Virus record (IMG/VR): IMGVR_UViG_3300010300_000001
From: a virus
Strand: one strand, 5' to 3'
Length of the DNA: 44,459 nt
Part shown: positions 40,846 through 44,459 of the stretch, one piece after another
How the letters are laid out: each line of letters begins with the position of its first letter
How positions within the stretch are numbered: position 1 is the first letter of the stretch
Translations under genes and position numbers: made by a program
Notes under the pieces: model-generated
The model's database searches: none
What the model was told of the DNA's origin: nothing
The model's input: the letters and a program-made list of their open reading frames with translations, nothing else

Positions 40846-40853
40846 CGCACGCG

Positions 40854-42182
40854 ATGGCTGATCCGTACTGGGTGACTGGAGACCCGGCCGATGTCAACTC
40901 GGACATTGCGCCGCTCAAGTACGGACCTGGGCCGGACGAAGACGCCTACGTTTGGGACCCCAACCCCGACGTGACTCCATCTGGGGGTATGGCTGTGCTC
41001 GTTTGGGCCCACGGTGGCGGCAACCAGGGCGGCTCAGGCTTTACCAGCAACACGGCCGTGCCATTCGGGTTCCTCGAGGCCGTCTACGGGGTGTATTCGT
41101 TCGAGTACAACCACGAAAGTACCCCCGTGATGCTTGTCACCATCTCATACCCCATGGGCATGAGCTTGTGGCAAGGCATGGGGCGGGGAGCTCGGCCGCT
41201 GACCCGCAACCACGAGCCGGAGTCAGGGTGGCGAGCCATGCAAAAGGCCGTTGCCTGGGTCAAAGGCAAGATTGCTCGCGGTGAAGCACCGTTCACGCGT
41301 TGCAACAAGGACCTGGTGTACTCGGGTGGCATTTCTGCTGGCTCCACGTGGGCCATGCAAGCTGCGTTCTACCCACCGCTGCCGCACGCGACCTATGGCG
41401 AGGACTCGTTGCCCAAGGCGCTGATTCTTCAGCATGGCGTGCCCGACGTAAACACGCACACACCTAGCGTCTCGAGCACGGACTTCATGCTCAACGGCCA
41501 TTCGCGCTGGTATGGGCAGGGGCTGGCGCAGGCTGACGCGATCGTGGCGGCCGAGAAGGGCCTCACCGTGAGCTCGAGCGATCCGGCTGGCGTGGTTGGC
41601 TACCACACTAGCGGCTTCAACGAGCTGAAGCGCCGCATGGCCAGCAACGCATCCGGGCAGTACGGCCAGATCCCCATTGTGACGGCCTACCCGTCAAACA
41701 GTCGCACGGAGACCGAGCCGTGGACTATCGCTCACTCGGCTGCGCAGGGCGCTGCCCTGCATAGCTACCTCGCATCCACGCCAGAGTACACGGCAACGCA
41801 CTACCACCTGGCCAACACCGACGGCAATGAGTCCAACGTCACGGACGCGCTGCCGGGCGGCACGTGGGCCTACGCATGGAGCGACCAGGCCAACTGGGAA
41901 CGCATGATTCAGGTGATGATCGACACCGGATACGACGTGTCGATTGAGCCTGACGACGCCGGAACGCCTACTTTCCCCGTTGCGCTGTCTGAGCACGGAC
42001 TTTGGGCCCAAAACGGCGACAACCTAATGCACCAGAACACCGGCACCGGCATCTTCGACGTGCATTGGCTGTACAACCAGACCGGAGACTTCCCTAACAC
42101 GACCACCTTCGCCCTAAACCAGCGAGGACACTACCTAGAAGCGCAGGACGACTCGGCCGTAGCGCTGCAAGCCCACTCCTGA
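40854..42182 (+). CDS. Alpha/beta-hydrolase (esterase/lipase-type) protein
   Basis: HGGG oxyanion motif (VLVWAHGGGN, nt 41010-41021) and GxSxG nucleophile elbow (GGISAGS, nt 41328-41342). Confidence 0.65.
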   Translation: MADPYWVTGDPADVNSDIAPLKYGPGPDEDAYVWDPNPDVTPSGGMAVLVWAHGGGNQGGSGFTSNTAVPFGFLEAVYGVYSFEYNHESTPVMLVTISYPMGMSLWQGMGRGARPLTRNHEPESGWRAMQKAVAWVKGKIARGEAPFTRCNKDLVYSGGISAGSTWAMQAAFYPPLPHATYGEDSLPKALILQHGVPDVNTHTPSVSSTDFMLNGHSRWYGQGLAQADAIVAAEKGLTVSSSDPAGVVGYHTSGFNELKRRMASNASGQYGQIPIVTAYPSNSRTETEPWTIAHSAAQGAALHSYLASTPEYTATHYHLANTDGNESNVTDALPGGTWAYAWSDQANWERMIQVMIDTGYDVSIEPDDAGTPTFPVALSEHGLWAQNGDNLMHQNTGTGIFDVHWLYNQTGDFPNTTTFALNQRGHYLEAQDDSAVALQAHS

Positions 42183-42183
42183 T

Positions 42184-43269
42184 ATGGCAAACACCAAAAT
42201 CACCGATCTGACGGCTCTGACTGCGCCGGTTGGCAGCGACCTGGTTTACATCGTGGACGTGTCCGACACTTCGGACGACCCGTCTGGCAGTAGCTTCAAG
42301 GTCACAGTCACGGACCTGCTGCGCGAAGGTATCGAGAACGTGCTGCTGGCCGGCGCGCACTCGATGCTGTACTGCAACGGCAGCACGGTTGCCTCGCGCC
42401 TGGATATCAGCGAGCGCACCGCGCTTATGCGCGGGGGAAGCGGCACTATTGTGGCCGGCACCGGACGATCGCTGCTAGATGAGGTCGTGGTTGGCGACAC
42501 CACCAGCGAAACCAGCGCCAACAACTATCAGCCGCACTACTACAACCTGTGGAACGGCACCAACGGCGACCTGGATACCACCACGCTGACGTGGCCTATG
42601 TCCGGCAGCAACCTTGGCGCCGTTTCGGTCTATCACGATCCGACGGCCGACACCGCTGCGGTTATCAACCTGCCGGCCGCCAGCTCGAGCCTGGCGGGAG
42701 ACCGCCTGTTTGTGTTCAACCGCAAAGCCGATGCTACATCCGGGTATGTCGAGGTCAGGAGCTCCACGGGCGGGTCTGGCTCTATGGTGGACGAAGACAC
42801 CCAGAACCAGGGGTGGCGTCTGCACTACGGAGACTTCGTTGGCTTTGAATGCAAGCTGGACGAGACCACGTCTGCCTACGAGTGGTATCAGTGCGCAGGC
42901 ACCCCTCTCGAGGAGCGATACGAGCGCTTTGAAACCTCGGGCAGTCTGACGTTCGGCAACGGCACGCAGTACACCCCGGGCAAGGCTCACATTGACGTGA
43001 CTGCCGACGGGCAGACTATCACTCTTCCCAGCGCGTCTACCGGGCGTCGCTACCAGTACGCGATCCGCAACTACAACTCAGGCATCACGTTCACAACCGG
43101 AACGACTGTGGCCGCCGCCGGCTCAGACACCATCACTTGGGACCCTAGCGATACCGGCAACACTCAGGCCGTTATCACCAGCGGAACGCACGCCTTCACG
43201 CGACTCGAGACCCGGGGCGACGGCGTTTGGTACGAAATGTACCAGTCGGGCACCGTGACCTACTCCTGA
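42184..43269 (+). CDS. Tail fibre/spike-like protein
   Basis: The N-terminus MANTKITDLTALTAPVGSDLVYIVDVSDTSDDPSGSSFKVTVTDLL is a common fibre or adaptor N-terminal pattern. The rest is Thr/Gly-rich and beta-type. Confidence 0.5.
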   Translation: MANTKITDLTALTAPVGSDLVYIVDVSDTSDDPSGSSFKVTVTDLLREGIENVLLAGAHSMLYCNGSTVASRLDISERTALMRGGSGTIVAGTGRSLLDEVVVGDTTSETSANNYQPHYYNLWNGTNGDLDTTTLTWPMSGSNLGAVSVYHDPTADTAAVINLPAASSSLAGDRLFVFNRKADATSGYVEVRSSTGGSGSMVDEDTQNQGWRLHYGDFVGFECKLDETTSAYEWYQCAGTPLEERYERFETSGSLTFGNGTQYTPGKAHIDVTADGQTITLPSASTGRRYQYAIRNYNSGITFTTGTTVAAAGSDTITWDPSDTGNTQAVITSGTHAFTRLETRGDGVWYEMYQSGTVTYS

Positions 43270-43272
43270 CCT

Positions 43273-43839
43273 ATGGCCGGCATCAAAGAGCAGCCTCGCG
43301 CGCGGGGCACCATTCGGTACGTGCTGATCGACGAGCGCACTGGCGACATTGTGGGCGAAGGTCAGCGCGAAAACATCATCACCGACGCAGGCATCACGGA
43401 CATTGCCGAAGCAATGGCCCGAGCCTACGGCAGCGGCACGCCGGCTGTAACTAACGTGATGAACGTGGTGGCTCTTGGCCGTACCAGCCTTAGCCCGGGG
43501 GCGCCGGCCGCGTCTAACACGCTCAACAACATTGGCATTGGCGAAACGGCTGGGCTGGCAACGGTGGACTCTGGCTACCCCAAGCTGAATGCCACGACGG
43601 GCGATGATGCGTCGAACTCAACGTCAGGTGGGGCCGACATCCTGACGTGGCGGGCCACGTGGGCGGCTGGCACGTATGACTACGCTGATATTGACGACGT
43701 GGCCATTACCGAAAGCGGCGCAGCTATCCCGGCTTCGGGCCAGTCCATCCTCAATCACTCCGATGGGCTTGCTATCGACAAATCCGGCGGCAACAAGACC
43801 CTGCGCCTGTGGGTGAACATCAGCATCACCAGGCCGTAG
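43273..43839 (+). CDS. Hypothetical structural protein (188 aa)
   Basis: Sits between two fibre-like genes. No motif named. Confidence 0.5.
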   Translation: MAGIKEQPRARGTIRYVLIDERTGDIVGEGQRENIITDAGITDIAEAMARAYGSGTPAVTNVMNVVALGRTSLSPGAPAASNTLNNIGIGETAGLATVDSGYPKLNATTGDDASNSTSGGADILTWRATWAAGTYDYADIDDVAITESGAAIPASGQSILNHSDGLAIDKSGGNKTLRLWVNISITRP

Positions 43840-43851
43840 GTTGCATTATCT

Positions 43852-44459
43852 GTGACCAACACGTTCAAGCGGGTCATTTCGACCACGGCGCCCACCAGTA
43901 CTGGCACGGTTGACTACACCGTTACCGGCCTGGGCCCGTCTACAGACATCAAGGCTGTAGAGGTCGAGGTTGCGCGCGCGACTGCGCTAGACACCAACAC
44001 GGACGGCCGATCGGGCTGCAAGGGGTTCAGCGACGGAACGACCGAGGCTGTGCTTAGCTGGTCTGGCGAGCACAACGTCGGCACTACAGACACATACACC
44101 TACTCTGCGCAGGATAAGGTTGTAGCGTTGATGGACCCGGCGGACGGGTCACTAGAGGCGGTGGCGACGTTTGACTCGTTCATCACCGATGGCGTCCGGC
44201 TCAACTGGACAACGGCTCCCAGCTCAGCGTATCGCGTCGCAGTCGTCATTACCGCAGGGCTTGACGTAGAGTGCGACGTTCAGATTGTAGACCCAGCTGA
44301 CGCCGCCTCGGGCACCGTAACCGTCACGCCGGGGTACACGGCTGAAACGCACCTGGTGCTGTCCCTTGCCGGAACTATCAGTACCGCGTTTGACGGCACG
44401 CTGGAGAGCTCTAGCAGCGTGTCCTGGGGCGCATGCTCCAACGACGGCACGACCGTGAC
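43852..44459 (+). CDS. Structural (tail-fibre-like) protein, 5' part. It continues through the circular junction into 1..1165, giving 549 aa in total.
   Basis: GTG at 43852 opens a frame with no stop to the window end. 44356 corresponds to base 20 and is in frame (504 nt from 43852). The protein is Thr/Ser/Gly-rich and beta-type, and sits among fibre-like genes. Confidence 0.7.
   Translation, partial: MTNTFKRVISTTAPTSTGTVDYTVTGLGPSTDIKAVEVEVARATALDTNTDGRSGCKGFSDGTTEAVLSWSGEHNVGTTDTYTYSAQDKVVALMDPADGSLEAVATFDSFITDGVRLNWTTAPSSAYRVAVVITAGLDVECDVQIVDPADAASGTVTVTPGYTAETHLVLSLAGTISTAFDGTLESSSSVSWGACSNDGTTV
44337..44459 (+). repeat. Terminal overlap, copy 2 (identical to 1-123)
   Basis: Same 123 bp as bases 1-123. 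It lies inside a coding frame, so it looks like a circular-assembly overlap rather than a physical terminal repeat. Confidence 0.95.

Larger units (their letters stand above)
1..44336. other. Complete circularly closed tailed-phage genome unit (podovirus-like module order)
   Basis: An exact 123-bp overlap joins the two ends of the window. A full packaging/head/tail set is present (TerL, portal, scaffold, capsid, tail proteins). The ORF at the 3' end continues in frame into the ORF at the 5' end. Confidence 0.8.

Noticed and set aside
1-44459. CRISPR arrays, rRNA or tRNA genes, transposase or integrase genes, diversity-generating retroelement
   Set aside because: I saw no spaced direct-repeat arrays, no tRNA-like cloverleaf in any spacer, and no reverse transcriptase or recombinase motifs while reading all ORFs. 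A profile search would be needed to exclude diverged versions.

Overview
All homology calls below come from reading motifs by eye. No searches or computations were run.

Genome. The window is one complete, circularly closed genome of a GC-rich tailed dsDNA phage. The unit length is 44,336 bp. Bases 1-123 recur exactly at 44337-44459, and a structural gene reads straight through that junction.

Layout.
- A long plus-strand late block runs from about 37.7 kb, through the junction, to 26.3 kb. In order it contains an HTH/small-terminase-like gene, unknown virion genes, a lysis-like cluster, an esterase, tail-fibre-like genes, TerL, portal, scaffold, major capsid, adaptor, a 1601-aa tail protein, three internal-protein candidates and a 3443-aa giant protein.
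- Two minus-strand early blocks lie at 26.3-31.9 kb and 34.5-37.6 kb. The first carries a replication organiser, a helicase-loader-like gene, DUF1353, a beta-helix protein, RecT and a PD-(D/E)xK exonuclease. The second carries small unknown genes.
- A plus-strand island at 31.9-34.2 kb separates them. It encodes RusA, a GroES-like protein and a sulfatase-family protein.
- Genes are tightly packed, with many ATGA, GTGA or TGATG start/stop overlaps.
- I saw no tRNA, CRISPR array, integrase, DNA polymerase or RNA polymerase.

Main hidden signal. Two complete type III hammerhead ribozyme motifs sit on the minus strand in the only two real spacers of the 34.5-37.6 kb early operon (35716-35770 and 36844-36895).
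- Each starts right after the upstream gene's UGA stop codon.
- Each can fold into an alternative GCAA-loop hairpin that sequesters the cleavage-site strand, and the 5' arm of that hairpin contains the stop codon.
- One base difference between the copies is compensated in all three interacting strands.
- I infer from this a translation-gated self-cleaving switch that would also release a 1,125-nt three-gene RNA.

Other notable items:
- the 3443-aa polyvalent-type giant protein, with ParB-like, PARP-like H-Y-x and two HExxH modules and a C-terminal membrane segment;
- a signal-less sulfatase-family protein with a CSATR motif, co-transcribed with a GroES-like gene;
- three AACTGG hexamers phased at exactly 11 bp in a 0.4-kb non-coding region;
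- a lipoprotein with a C-terminal transmembrane segment (u-spanin-like), with no recognisable endolysin anywhere.
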